This document shows positions 16,259 through 25,613 of a stretch of DNA of 64,000 nt, piece after piece. The translations under genes were made by a program, and so were the position numbers. The stretch's first letter is position 1. Every line of letters starts with the position of its first letter. Origin of the DNA: Patescibacteria group bacterium (GTDB lineage Bacteria > Patescibacteriota > Patescibacteriia > 2-12-FULL-57-11); NCBI GenBank assembly GCA_004297205.1, contig SCUL01000001.1, positions 157,862 to 221,861 of the forward strand. The letters run 5' to 3'. The notes beneath the pieces were generated by a model that had not been told where the DNA came from, searched no databases, and was given only the letters and a program-made list of their open reading frames with translations.

Positions 16259-18301
16259 TCAGCGGGTGCTGACGACGAACCCACGGTCTACCCGCAGGTT
16301 CGTCTGGAGACGGTACCGTGCATCCCCGAACTCGGCAACCTCCTCCCCCGGCTCGGCCGAGGTGACCCGGCGCGGCAGGTCGATGGTCAACGACAAGGGA
16401 AAAGACTGCGTCCCGAGCTGTTTTTGGACGACCAGCGAATAACTGCCGTCCGAGATCTGCCGGGAGACGTTGGCCGGCAGCGCATAGGTGAAGGTCAGGG
16501 TGCGCTCATCGCCCGGTTCGATCGCGGTGAAGGCGCCGAACCAGGTCTTCCCCTCTTCGACGCCGGCATCCGGCACGCCCGGCGCGAGCGAAGGATTTTT
16601 GGTGCGGTCGTTCTTCAGCGAACCGTCGACGCGGATGAGTTTGCTGCCCTGCGGCACGTAGATGCGCGCGTAGGTGCGGTAGCGCGTGGTGCGGAAGGTG
16701 AACGTGCCGTTGTTCTTGTAGCGCATGCTGGCCGTGGCGATGATCTGGCCGTCCGGCGCGACGCGCAGCGCGTAGCCGAGCGAGCGTTCCATCACGACGT
16801 CCGTTTTGAGCGCGCCGAGGTTGGCGTCGACCCAGCGCAGGTAGTCGCCGTCGGCCGCGACCATGCGGCCCGCCCAATGGTGCTGCTCGAAGGCGCCCTG
16901 CAGCACCGGGTCTTTCTCGTACAACAGGATGCGCTTCTCGGTGAGGTGCTTCTGGACCGCGGCCAAACCTTCCGGCCAGCGCTCCGCAGGCAAAGCAAAC
17001 ATCTTCTGGAATACCTGGGACACCAGCTTGCCCAGGATTTGTTTGCGTTGCGACTCGGGGAGGCCCTGGGTCAGGAAGGCCTGGTGGACCTGGTACTGCA
17101 GCTCGTCGAGCAGGTTGTCGGCCGTAAAGGTCACGCCGTCGACGGTCACGGGCCCGACCATGCGCAACAGGTCGGCCGCCACTTCCGGCGTGATGGCGAT
17201 GATGCCGTCGACCGCGGGAAGATCGGGCCGGGCCAGGGCGCGCTCGCGGTCGTAGAGCGCGATGACCTGCTCGGAGGAGCGACGGAAGTCCGGCGACCAG
17301 TTGGCGTCGCGCATCCCCCACTCCTTGATGTTGATGTAGTCGGCGAAGGGTTTGGGCGCCGGCAGCCCGACGCGGCCGAAGGTCGGCGCGTCGAGCGCGT
17401 AAACGTCCTCGCTGGAGAAACGCGTCACCTCCCCGTTCGACGTGGCGATGATGCCGAACGAACCGATGAATCCGCCGCCGGGGCGCAGCTCGGTGTTGTT
17501 GAGCATCAGGAACATGTACGTCTTCGGCGTCGGGTAGCCGGCCATCGCGGGCAGGATTTCGGCCAGCGGCGCGATCGGCAGCAAGGCGTCGCGCAGTTGC
17601 GCCACGCGCGCTTTGAGCGGCAGGATCTGTTCGGCCAACGGACCGGCCAGGCCGTCCGAGGGAATGCTGTCGATTTCCTGGAGCGCGGCGCGCACCCGGC
17701 GGTCGATGTCGTTGATCTTGGGCGCGGCGGCGGCGAGCTTGGCCAGCATGGCCCGCTTCTCTTCCGGCGTCAGCGAGGCCAGCGTGGCCGCGGACGGCAC
17801 CTCGACGATCGTTCCTTCCGCCGCGCTTTCGAGCGCCAGCAAATCATGCAAAATCTTGAAAGCGTCGTTGACGGCGCCGGTCGAAACGGTCGCCGCGGTC
17901 AGCAGATGGTCGACGGCTTTGACCTGCGTGCCGAGCGACGGGATCGGCAGGAACACCAGGAACGGCCCGGCGAACATCCGCGCCCGGTTGAAGTGTCCTT
18001 CAGCGGCCGTCATCTGGCGCTGGAAGCCCGCGGTATCCGAGGCGGCCAAGGCGTCCTGGGCCTTACTGAGCGCAGCGCGTCCGGCCAGCGCCGAGGCCGC
18101 GGCGATCCCGCCCGCCCCGGCAAACACGACGATGACGATCACGATGAGCGCCAGCAGCCCGCGCACCCAGCGGCGGCTCGCCTTGGGCAGGCGCACCACG
18201 CGGCGTGCCGGCGGACCGGCGTCTTCAACGAAAACAGGCCCCCGCGGAAGCGGCGGTTCGGCGGCTTTCTTTTGGACGCTCCGCAGGTAATCGTGGGGCA
18301 T
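16259..18301 (-). CDS. DUF4012-domain membrane-anchored protein
   Basis: N-terminal TM, then LNNTELRPGGGFIGSFGII typical of DUF4012. ATG preceded by GGAGGA. Confidence 0.7.
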   Translation of the reverse strand: MPHDYLRSVQKKAAEPPLPRGPVFVEDAGPPARRVVRLPKASRRWVRGLLALIVIVIVVFAGAGGIAAASALAGRAALSKAQDALAASDTAGFQRQMTAAEGHFNRARMFAGPFLVFLPIPSLGTQVKAVDHLLTAATVSTGAVNDAFKILHDLLALESAAEGTIVEVPSAATLASLTPEEKRAMLAKLAAAAPKINDIDRRVRAALQEIDSIPSDGLAGPLAEQILPLKARVAQLRDALLPIAPLAEILPAMAGYPTPKTYMFLMLNNTELRPGGGFIGSFGIIATSNGEVTRFSSEDVYALDAPTFGRVGLPAPKPFADYINIKEWGMRDANWSPDFRRSSEQVIALYDRERALARPDLPAVDGIIAITPEVAADLLRMVGPVTVDGVTFTADNLLDELQYQVHQAFLTQGLPESQRKQILGKLVSQVFQKMFALPAERWPEGLAAVQKHLTEKRILLYEKDPVLQGAFEQHHWAGRMVAADGDYLRWVDANLGALKTDVVMERSLGYALRVAPDGQIIATASMRYKNNGTFTFRTTRYRTYARIYVPQGSKLIRVDGSLKNDRTKNPSLAPGVPDAGVEEGKTWFGAFTAIEPGDERTLTFTYALPANVSRQISDGSYSLVVQKQLGTQSFPLSLTIDLPRRVTSAEPGEEVAEFGDARYRLQTNLRVDRGFVVSTR

Positions 18302-18405
18302 TGTCCTCCGTTGTCATCCTGAACGGCAGTGAAGGATCATGTCAGCCCGTGCAAGAAACGCTGCAGGGGCCGGAAGGATTCTTCGCTTCGCTCAGAATGA
18401 CAATG
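18302..18405. repeat. palindromic intergenic repeat element, copy B
   Basis: ttgtcatcctgaacggcagtgaaggatc ... ggaaggattcttcgcttcgctcagaatgacaa. Abuts the DUF4012 start codon and SD on one side and the GT2 stop on the other. Confidence 0.7.
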
Positions 18406-19227
18406 TTACAACCGAATTGGTTCTCCCGTTCTCGGATTCGGCTTGCGCCAATACTTCCGGAAGTATTGTACCGCGCTTCGGATATGAATGCGCGTCACGG
18501 GGTTGGTGATGACGGCAAAGACGTCCCCTTCCGCGCTCTGCCGCTGGTGCAGGTGGATGAGCGAAACGTGCGGCAGGTAGACGACTTTCCAGCCCTTTTC
18601 CCAGAACCGGCGGCACCAATCCACGTCGTCGAAGTAGAGGAAGAACCGCTCGTCGAGGAGTCCCACTTCGGCCACGGCCTCACGTCGCGCCACGAAGGCG
18701 CCGCCGAGCAACCAATCGACTTCGGTCGGACCGGTGGGCTGGGCGTCCTTCATCAGGAAGCGGTCGATTTTGCGGCTGCCCCAGGCGGTGCGGCCGAGCG
18801 GCGTGCGCCGCAGCACCGGCACGTCCATGGTATGGAAACGGTAGTGCGAATCCTGCGCCGATCCGTCGCCGCTGAGCAGCTTCGGTCCGACCATGCCGAC
18901 CTCCGGATGCGCGTCGAGATGTTGGACGAGCTGTTCGAGGACGCCGTCCTTCACGAAGATGTCCGGATTCATGATCATGACGTACCGCCCCTTGGCCGCG
19001 GCCAGTCCAAGATTATTCCCGCCGGCGTAGCCACGGTTCGTCGACGACTCAATCAGCACATGCTCCGGGAACTCGGCGTGCACCATCTCCCCCGTCCCAT
19101 CGCCGCTGGCGTTGTCCACGACGATCACTTCGTAGCGCAGCTGCGGGTTCGCAAAACGGATGCTCCGCAAACATTCGCGCAGCAGCCGTTTGGTTTTGAA
19201 ATTGAGGACGATGATCGAGAGGTCCAT
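18406..19227 (-). CDS. GT2-family glycosyltransferase
   Basis: VVDNASGDGT..., DxD-type and GGAF motifs of GT-A fold. ATG (MDLSIIVLNF) overlaps the stop of the upstream small membrane-protein gene (TGATG). Confidence 0.8.
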   Translation of the reverse strand: MDLSIIVLNFKTKRLLRECLRSIRFANPQLRYEVIVVDNASGDGTGEMVHAEFPEHVLIESSTNRGYAGGNNLGLAAAKGRYVMIMNPDIFVKDGVLEQLVQHLDAHPEVGMVGPKLLSGDGSAQDSHYRFHTMDVPVLRRTPLGRTAWGSRKIDRFLMKDAQPTGPTEVDWLLGGAFVARREAVAEVGLLDERFFLYFDDVDWCRRFWEKGWKVVYLPHVSLIHLHQRQSAEGDVFAVITNPVTRIHIRSAVQYFRKYWRKPNPRTGEPIRL

Positions 19228-19760
19228 CAATAGCTGATTAGAGCGTCCAATTTGTCATTGATATCCTTCAGCCGCTGCGAGTAGGTGTTAATACTCGTTT
19301 CGTGGCCCAAGGGAGTCCGAGCAGATATGGACAAAGAAAGGGTGTCGAGGATGTCCTTTCTCAGTTTCTTTGGAAGCAGCGCAAAACTGACACCCTCAAC
19401 CAACTTATTGTAGAGAGGTAGTACGGCAAGCTTATAGAATCGCAGTTGGTCCTGGTCACGCTCGGTTGAGTCGAGCGAAACATCGAGAACTGCCCTTAAT
19501 GTCGCCAGGACCCTCTCCTCCTCATAGGTCTTCAGTTGAGCTCTCACCTTGGCTGCATTATCAACCTTTTTGTCCCAACCAAAACGCTTGTAGCCCCAAA
19601 TTCCACCTAGGATAATGGCTACGGCCTGAATCGAACTTCCGGTATATGAAATGGCGTCTTTGAGGCACACCGAGAAGAAACCAACCAGAAGCCAGATCGT
19701 GCAACCGTAGAGCAAGATAACCACGAGAACAATCATCGAGACGAATTTCCTATCCGTCAT
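19227..19760 (-). CDS. low-GC small membrane protein (177 aa, 2 TM plus helical C-terminal domain), hypothetical
   Basis: Start MTDRKFVSMIVLVVILLYGCTIWLLVGFF. ATGA overlap with the preceding GT2 gene and TGATG overlap with the following one. Visibly AT-richer than its neighbours. Confidence 0.55.
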   Translation of the reverse strand: MTDRKFVSMIVLVVILLYGCTIWLLVGFFSVCLKDAISYTGSSIQAVAIILGGIWGYKRFGWDKKVDNAAKVRAQLKTYEEERVLATLRAVLDVSLDSTERDQDQLRFYKLAVLPLYNKLVEGVSFALLPKKLRKDILDTLSLSISARTPLGHETSINTYSQRLKDINDKLDALISY

Positions 19761-20812
19761 ACCAGCCACTTCCTCACGCTCTGCGCTCCGCCGCGCGCAT
19801 TGGCGGCGGCGCGGATGGCGGCGCGCTTTTTGAGCATCTTGCCGGTCAGGGAGAGCGTGGCGGGAATCGCTTTGAGCGAACCCGGCTCCGAGAACGTCAG
19901 GTAAACGAGCTTGGCGATCTCGTACGGGAAAAAGCGGTAGCCGTGCAGGAGCAGGCCGCCGAGCGTGTCGTTCTTGATGAGCATCATCCAGTGGTTGCGC
20001 GTCGACCAGTAGTTCACGAGCGACGACTTCTCGCGGCGTTCGCGCACGGCCGTGGCCAACGAGCGCTGCTCGCTGCCTTTGGCGGTGCGGTAATGGTAGG
20101 CCACGGCCTCCGGCACGTAGCGGCACGGGATGCCGAGGGTCTGCAGCCGCCAGGCCAAATCGACGTCCTCCTTGTAGTTCTGGAAATCCTCGTCGTACAG
20201 TTCGCCGTCGACCGCCGCGATGTCGAGCGCCGGCATGCGGTAGAGGGCCAGCGCGCCGGACACGCCGAACACGTCGCTCCCCGTTGCGTAGCGTTCCCCG
20301 TCTTCCAGCGCGGCGCCGCGTTCCACCACGGCGCGGCTCTTGCGGATCAGGAGGCCGGCCGAGTCGATGAGCGTCGTCTTTTTGGGTTCCTCCCGCTCGT
20401 CGGCGCGCGTCACGCTGATCACCTTGCGCAGCTTGCAGGCGAAGCTGCCCGCTTCCGGATGCGCGTCGGCCGCGGCCACGAGCTTCTCCAGGAAGTCCGG
20501 CTCGAGCAGGATGTCCGGATTCGTCACCAGCACGAGTTTGTCGTCGAGCGGTTCGCCCGCCTTCTGCCAGAGCGAGTGCGCAAAGGCCACGGCCTGGTTG
20601 TGGCCCGCGGCGAAACCGCGGTTGTTGGCGTTCCGGAGCGTGGCCCAGCCCGGGTGGTTGTCACGGACGTGTTCGATGCTGCCGTCGGTCGAGGCGTTGT
20701 CCACGACGATCACCGAAAAGTCGCGGTAGGTTTGCGCGGCAATGCTCTCCAGGGCCTGCGGGAGATATCGCATGCTGTTCCAGGACACGATGTGGATGCT
20801 GACGCGTGCCAT
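19757..20812 (-). CDS. GT2-family glycosyltransferase (rhamnosyltransferase-like)
   Basis: SIHIVSWNS...VIVVDNASTDGS N-terminal GT-A signature. 351 aa. Confidence 0.8.
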   Translation of the reverse strand: MARVSIHIVSWNSMRYLPQALESIAAQTYRDFSVIVVDNASTDGSIEHVRDNHPGWATLRNANNRGFAAGHNQAVAFAHSLWQKAGEPLDDKLVLVTNPDILLEPDFLEKLVAAADAHPEAGSFACKLRKVISVTRADEREEPKKTTLIDSAGLLIRKSRAVVERGAALEDGERYATGSDVFGVSGALALYRMPALDIAAVDGELYDEDFQNYKEDVDLAWRLQTLGIPCRYVPEAVAYHYRTAKGSEQRSLATAVRERREKSSLVNYWSTRNHWMMLIKNDTLGGLLLHGYRFFPYEIAKLVYLTFSEPGSLKAIPATLSLTGKMLKKRAAIRAAANARGGAQSVRKWLV

Positions 20813-20819
20813 ATCAAGA

Positions 20820-22337
20820 TCAAACGGCTTCGGGAACGGCCGCGGGCATGGCGGCGCGCCGCTTGGCCGTGACGTTGAAGCCGAGCTTCTTGCCGGTCAT
20901 GAGGCGCGTGATGGCGTCGACGGCCGGGATCGAGCCGAAGGCCACGAAGGTGATGGGCAGGAGCAGCCACTGGAAGACCATGGTCAACCAGCGGTGGCCG
21001 GGCACGTGGGCCGGACGCGGCGGCAGAAGGGCCAGGGACATGGCGGCGGACACCAAGACGCCGATGTTGGTGACGAGCATGATCTGCTCGATCGTGAACG
21101 GCGCGTTTTGGAAAAAGGCCAGGCCGCGGACCCCGCCCTCTGCGGCGATCCAAAACGGGAGCCGCCCGAGCGCGAACATCAGGATCGGCGCGGTGGCCCA
21201 GGAATACGAGCCTTCGAGCGCATTGAAGATGTACTTGGCCTTCACGCGCAGCGGCGTGGCCCGGTCGCGGCCCATGTTCCAGACCAGCCACGGAAAATGC
21301 TCCACGCCCCAGGCCCAGCGGCGGATTTGGCGATACAGGGCGCCGAGCGACTGCGCGTACGTTTCGCCGTTGACCATGTCCATGGAGACCGGCAAGTACA
21401 GCGGCACGATGCGGTAATCGCCCTTGTAGTGGGTGATGCACTGCAACGAGATGCGGCTGTCCTCGGAGACGATGTCCTTCTGCCAGTAGCCGACGTCCAC
21501 GAGCGCGCGGAAACTCATGGAGTGGGAGGAGAACGTCAGCAACCGGTCCTGGCGCACCAGTTCGTTCATCAGCCAGAAGGTGGTGCCGAAGGCGGCCACG
21601 CGCACCGGCGCCTTGGCTTCCCAGATGTTGTTGTTGTACAGCGCGATCGGCTGGTAGGAAGCGCGCGTCGGATGGGGCGTCGTGAGGTACGTCTCCGCCA
21701 GATAGGCAAAGTACTGCGGGTGCGCCACGGTGTCGACGTCGAAGGCCGAGACGATGACCTTCTCGTACGGGATGCCGAGCTGGTCGATATGGGCGCGCAC
21801 TTCGTGGCCGGCCCAGTTCAGGTTGGAACCCTTGCCAGGAATTTCGTCCGGCAGGTCCGCGGGGTGCAACGTCACGAGCAGCGAACGGAAGGTGCCGGCG
21901 AACTCGCGCTGCATCTTCTCGGCGACGGTCAGGAAGCGGTCGCCGTCGCGCTCTTCCCCGGCCAGGACCACGATCATGCGGTCCTTGGGATAGGCCATGG
22001 CAGCCAGCGAGCGCAGCGTGCCGCGGATCACGCCGATCTCCTCTTTATAGGTCGGCAAAAACACGACGTGGGTGATGTCGCGGAACTCCGGGCGGACCGA
22101 AACCTTGGCCAGCCAGTCGGTGCGGCCGGCCAAGCGGAAGCGGCTCCAGGCCAGGCACAGGTTGGTCACGAAACGCAGGACACGGAACAGCCACAGCAGG
22201 TCGTAGATCAGGATGTAGCCGAGCACCCAGAGCGGAAAAAAGACCGAGCCGACCAGCGCCAACGCGAAGGTCGCCCAGACGGCGATGCCGGGGATCATCT
22301 CCAAGACGCGCATGATGTGATGCTCTTTGATGGTCAT
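20820..22337 (-). CDS. integral-membrane processive GT2-like glycosyltransferase (cellulose/PNAG-synthase-like)
   Basis: N-terminal TMs, central GT-A domain with QIRRWAWG (QxxRW) motif, C-terminal TMs. The ATG chosen (MTIKEHH) is internal to the TTG-started track ORF. Confidence 0.65.
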   Translation of the reverse strand: MTIKEHHIMRVLEMIPGIAVWATFALALVGSVFFPLWVLGYILIYDLLWLFRVLRFVTNLCLAWSRFRLAGRTDWLAKVSVRPEFRDITHVVFLPTYKEEIGVIRGTLRSLAAMAYPKDRMIVVLAGEERDGDRFLTVAEKMQREFAGTFRSLLVTLHPADLPDEIPGKGSNLNWAGHEVRAHIDQLGIPYEKVIVSAFDVDTVAHPQYFAYLAETYLTTPHPTRASYQPIALYNNNIWEAKAPVRVAAFGTTFWLMNELVRQDRLLTFSSHSMSFRALVDVGYWQKDIVSEDSRISLQCITHYKGDYRIVPLYLPVSMDMVNGETYAQSLGALYRQIRRWAWGVEHFPWLVWNMGRDRATPLRVKAKYIFNALEGSYSWATAPILMFALGRLPFWIAAEGGVRGLAFFQNAPFTIEQIMLVTNIGVLVSAAMSLALLPPRPAHVPGHRWLTMVFQWLLLPITFVAFGSIPAVDAITRLMTGKKLGFNVTAKRRAAMPAAVPEAV

Positions 22338-22379
22338 GGCTGTACAAACGGCGTATTCAAGCAAGAAACAGGTGTCTTG

Positions 22380-22763
22380 TCAACGCCGCGTGCGGCGCTT
22401 CGGCATGGTGATGTTCGGCGTGCCGGCGTAGGCCACGCGGGTCAGCGGCGCACCCGCCGAGGCGATCTCCGCCGCGGTCGGCTCTTCCCCGCGCCAGCGG
22501 AAGGCGCGCGCCGGGATCCCCAAACAAAAGGCCATGGCTCTGGCAATCACCACGCCCTGCCGGACGCCGGAGAAACTGCCGCCGCCCGTGACCACGCCGA
22601 TGCGCTTCAATTTGCCTGCGCCGCCGCGGCCGGCCAGGATTTTTTCAACGGCCGCGAGCATGCCGTCCTTGTCGGCGACGTCGCGGGTGGCGACGATGCG
22701 CCGTCCGTCCATGAGCACCAAACGTGTTCGGCCGGGGTCGCGCGGATCGATCGCCAGCGTCAT
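22380..22763 (-). CDS. tsaB: TsaB/YeaZ-like protein (inactive Kae1 paralogue N-terminal domain)
   Basis: MTLAIDPRDPGRTRLVLMDGRRIVATRDV...GVVTGGGSFSGVRQGVVIARAMAF matches the YeaZ N-terminal fold. Short at 127 aa. Confidence 0.5.
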   Translation of the reverse strand: MTLAIDPRDPGRTRLVLMDGRRIVATRDVADKDGMLAAVEKILAGRGGAGKLKRIGVVTGGGSFSGVRQGVVIARAMAFCLGIPARAFRWRGEEPTAAEIASAGAPLTRVAYAGTPNITMPKRRTRR

Positions 22764-22764
22764 A

Positions 22765-23418
22765 TCACAGCTGGGCCAGACCGCCGGTCCTGTCCACGAG
22801 AACGATCTTCTTGGCTTCCAACAGCGAGAACAGGAAGCGGTCAGTGACGTCCTTGCGGTACTTGAACTCACGCGGGGTGAGCACGGTGTAGTCGATGGCG
22901 TGCCCCACCTCGGCTTCGAGCTCGGCAATGAGCGCCGTGAGCGGCTTCTTGGGCAGAAGTCCGACCACCAGCATGTCCGTGGGGATCGAACGGTCGCCCA
23001 GGAAGCGGCCCATGAGTCCCACGTACTGCACGTCGCCCAAATCCTTGATGCGCTGCAGGATCTGCTCCTCGACGAGGAGATCGGCCTTGGTGATCAAGGC
23101 GCGCAGTTCCGGGTAGAGCAGATGCTCCTGGTTGGTTTGGTAGTACTTGCGCTCGGCCAGCGGCGCGCGGCGGCCCTTCTTGGGCGCCTCACCCGGCTCC
23201 AACTCGGCCTCGGCGGGCGTTTCACGGCGCGAAGCGAGCAGCCCGACCTTCTCCAGCGCGTCCAATTCGCGCCGCACGGCGTGGATTTGCACGCCCAGAC
23301 GCCGGCTCAGCTCGCGTACATAAAAGCTTTCCTCCGGGTGATGCAAAAACAGCCGGAGGAGCTTCACGCGCGTGGAGGAGCCAAAAAGGTGTTCAATCGT
23401 GTTGTTTTTCTTGCTCAT
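22765..23418 (-). CDS. winged-helix DNA-binding protein with C-terminal nucleotidyltransferase-like domain, hypothetical
   Basis: MSKKNNTIEHLFGSSTRVKLLRLFLHHPEESFYVRELSRRLGVQIHAVRRELDALEKVGLL (wHTH). Divergent from the gene at 23482, with a TATAAT box between them. Confidence 0.45.
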   Translation of the reverse strand: MSKKNNTIEHLFGSSTRVKLLRLFLHHPEESFYVRELSRRLGVQIHAVRRELDALEKVGLLASRRETPAEAELEPGEAPKKGRRAPLAERKYYQTNQEHLLYPELRALITKADLLVEEQILQRIKDLGDVQYVGLMGRFLGDRSIPTDMLVVGLLPKKPLTALIAELEAEVGHAIDYTVLTPREFKYRKDVTDRFLFSLLEAKKIVLVDRTGGLAQL

Positions 23419-23481
23419 GGGTGGCGGGGCGTGACGGAAGTGAGTATAATGAGGTGTCCCTTCAGGGTCAACCGACGCGCT

Positions 23482-25563
23482 GTGGCCGGGAACTACCACT
23501 GGAAAATCGACAGCTATACGCATGAGAAAGGCGAGCTTCCCAAGGCCCGCCTGTTCAGCATTCCCGTGACCTGCGCCGACGGACCTGGCAGGTTCTTCGG
23601 TTTCATTGTCACCAAGACGCCGGCCACGACCAAGGCGCTGACGGACCTGGCCGACGAGCTGGCCGGCAAGGGGGAAGTCCGCCAGCCGGCCGCCGGCTGG
23701 TTCGAAAAGCTGCTGGCCGCCGCCAACCGCCGCTTTGCCGGCGCCGTCCAAAGCGGCGAATACCGCGGCGATGAGATGGAAGAGCTGGTCGCCTTGTGGG
23801 GTCTGCAGGTGAGGAACGGCGTCTCCTTGGCCCGCCACGGCGCGGCGCACGCCTTCCTGCTGCAGCTCAAGGGCCGCAGGGTGCAGTGCACCGACTTGTT
23901 CACCGATTCGGCCGCGCCGCGCCCCCACGTACTGTTCGGCGAAGTCATCTCCGGCGCGCTGGGCACCGGCGACAAGATTTTCTTCACCGGCCACGAACTC
24001 CTGAACTATCTCTCGCTCCCCCATCTGCAGGAAGTGCTGGCGGAAGAGGCCGATCCGCTCCCGATCGTGGGTGAAGCGCTGGCCGACGTGGACGAGCGCA
24101 CGCCGATCACGGCCGCGCTCATGCACTCCGTGAAGATCGACCGCGCCGTGCGCGTGGCCGCCGAGTCGCCCGCGGCCTCGATCGAAAACCTGCTTGCCAA
24201 GACCAAAGACACCGAAGCCTGGCTGTCGCCGCCGCTCCTCTCCGACGTGAAGGGCATGATGAAGGGCGCGGCCGAGTCGATGCAAAAGATGATGCCGAAG
24301 GCGAAATCGACGAAACCGGAATCACCCAGCGTCGGGGCGATTCATGAATCGCCCCTGCCGGAATCGAAGCCCATCGACGCCGGCAAGGGCATGATCACGC
24401 GCCTCAGCAAACTCCCCTCGCAGATGGGCGGCCTGCCGGCGCGCCTCAAGACCAGCTTCGCGGCCATGCCGCAACAGTCGCGCTTCGTGCTGATCGGCAT
24501 CGGCGCCGTCGTCGTCCTGCTGCTGGCGAGCATCGGCTGGAAGATGATCGCCGATGCGCGGGAGAACAAGGCCGCGGCCTACACCGCGCAGCTCTCCGAC
24601 GTGCAAAAGCAGCGCGATGACATCGAAGCCGCCCTCATCTACAACGACGAGGACCGCGCCTGGAAAGCGCTCGACGCCGCCCGCGTCGCCGTGGCCGCGC
24701 TGCCCCGCAAGACGTCCGCCCAGCAGCAGACCGTGCGGGACCTGGAGGCGCAGCTCGAACTCGACGCCCAAAAACTCCGCCACGTCATCCGCGTCACGCC
24801 GGAAACGGTCTCCGCGCTGGGCGAAGTGGCGCTCCCCTCCCCGGTCGCCCTGGTGCTCCGGGAGAACGACGCGGTGGCCGTGGACAAGGTCGGCCTGATC
24901 GTTTCTTTCCCGCGCGCCGGCGGCCCCGCCGCTGGCGGGGTCGTGTCCATCGTGCCCGACCGCAGCTACAGCGCCGCGACCGCGGACACCGCTTCCTCGG
25001 TCCTCCTCACGAACGGTACCGAGGTCTATACGCTGAGCGACGCCACGCTGACCCGCTTTACGACCACGGCCATCGCCGACGCGCCCCCCACGGACGTGGC
25101 GCTCTGGAACCGTCGCCTCTACGTAGCCGAACCGGCCAAGAACCAACTTTTCCGCTACTCGCGCGAAGGCACGGGCTGGGGCGCCAAGACCGGCTGGGTC
25201 CAGACGCCGAACCCGGACCTTGGCGACGTCACGGCCATCGCCATCGACGGTGCCATCTGGACGGCCGGCTCCGGCGGCAAGGTGCAAAAATTTGAGAGCG
25301 GCATCCGCCAGGCCTTTGCGCCGAAGCGCGTCGAGCCGGCGATCTCCGCCCTGACCGACATCTGGACCGGTCCACAAAGTGAAAACCTGTACCTGTTCGA
25401 TGCCGCCGGCAAGCGCGTCATCGTACTGGCCAAGGACACCGGCATGCTGCGCACCCAGTTCACCGCCGACTGGAAGAATCCCACGCAGTTCGCGGTGGAC
25501 GAGAAGAATAAGACGGTCTACGTACTGGATGGCACGACACTGACCAAGTTCCCCCTTCCGTAA
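23482..25563 (+). CDS. hypothetical membrane protein with C-terminal beta-propeller-like domain
   Basis: Tail of track ORF 22534..25563. Start uncertain (GTG 23482, or ATG at 23449 embedded in TATAATG). Central TM (FVLIGIGAVVVLLLASIGW). C-terminal repeats ending YVLDGTTLTKFPLP. Confidence 0.45.
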   Translation: MAGNYHWKIDSYTHEKGELPKARLFSIPVTCADGPGRFFGFIVTKTPATTKALTDLADELAGKGEVRQPAAGWFEKLLAAANRRFAGAVQSGEYRGDEMEELVALWGLQVRNGVSLARHGAAHAFLLQLKGRRVQCTDLFTDSAAPRPHVLFGEVISGALGTGDKIFFTGHELLNYLSLPHLQEVLAEEADPLPIVGEALADVDERTPITAALMHSVKIDRAVRVAAESPAASIENLLAKTKDTEAWLSPPLLSDVKGMMKGAAESMQKMMPKAKSTKPESPSVGAIHESPLPESKPIDAGKGMITRLSKLPSQMGGLPARLKTSFAAMPQQSRFVLIGIGAVVVLLLASIGWKMIADARENKAAAYTAQLSDVQKQRDDIEAALIYNDEDRAWKALDAARVAVAALPRKTSAQQQTVRDLEAQLELDAQKLRHVIRVTPETVSALGEVALPSPVALVLRENDAVAVDKVGLIVSFPRAGGPAAGGVVSIVPDRSYSAATADTASSVLLTNGTEVYTLSDATLTRFTTTAIADAPPTDVALWNRRLYVAEPAKNQLFRYSREGTGWGAKTGWVQTPNPDLGDVTAIAIDGAIWTAGSGGKVQKFESGIRQAFAPKRVEPAISALTDIWTGPQSENLYLFDAAGKRVIVLAKDTGMLRTQFTADWKNPTQFAVDEKNKTVYVLDGTTLTKFPLP

Positions 25564-25577
25564 CGCGTAAAAGAAAA

Positions 25578-25606
25578 ACACCCCGCGCGGGGTGTTTTTC
25601 GTTCGG
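25578..25606. terminator. bidirectional terminator aaaaacaccccgcgcggggtgtttttc
   Basis: Perfect GC palindrome flanked by A and T runs, between the convergent hypothetical gene and rplL. Confidence 0.7.
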
Positions 25607-25613
25607 ACCAGGA

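Noticed and set aside
16139-18322. 727-aa plus-strand ORF antisense to the DUF4012 gene
   Set aside because: Arg/Gly/Asp-rich, no motifs. The opposite strand encodes a protein with the DUF4012 signature and a strong SD.
20742-22847. 701-aa plus-strand ORF antisense to the membrane glycosyltransferase
   Set aside because: GC-artefact composition (Arg/Gly/His/Asp-rich). The sense strand has the QxxRW glycosyltransferase.
22534-23481. N-terminal 316 codons of the 1009-aa plus-strand ORF 22534..25563
   Set aside because: Overlaps the TsaB-like and wHTH genes on the opposite strand and has artefactual composition. Only the portion downstream of the divergent promoter (about 23482 onward) is considered genuine.
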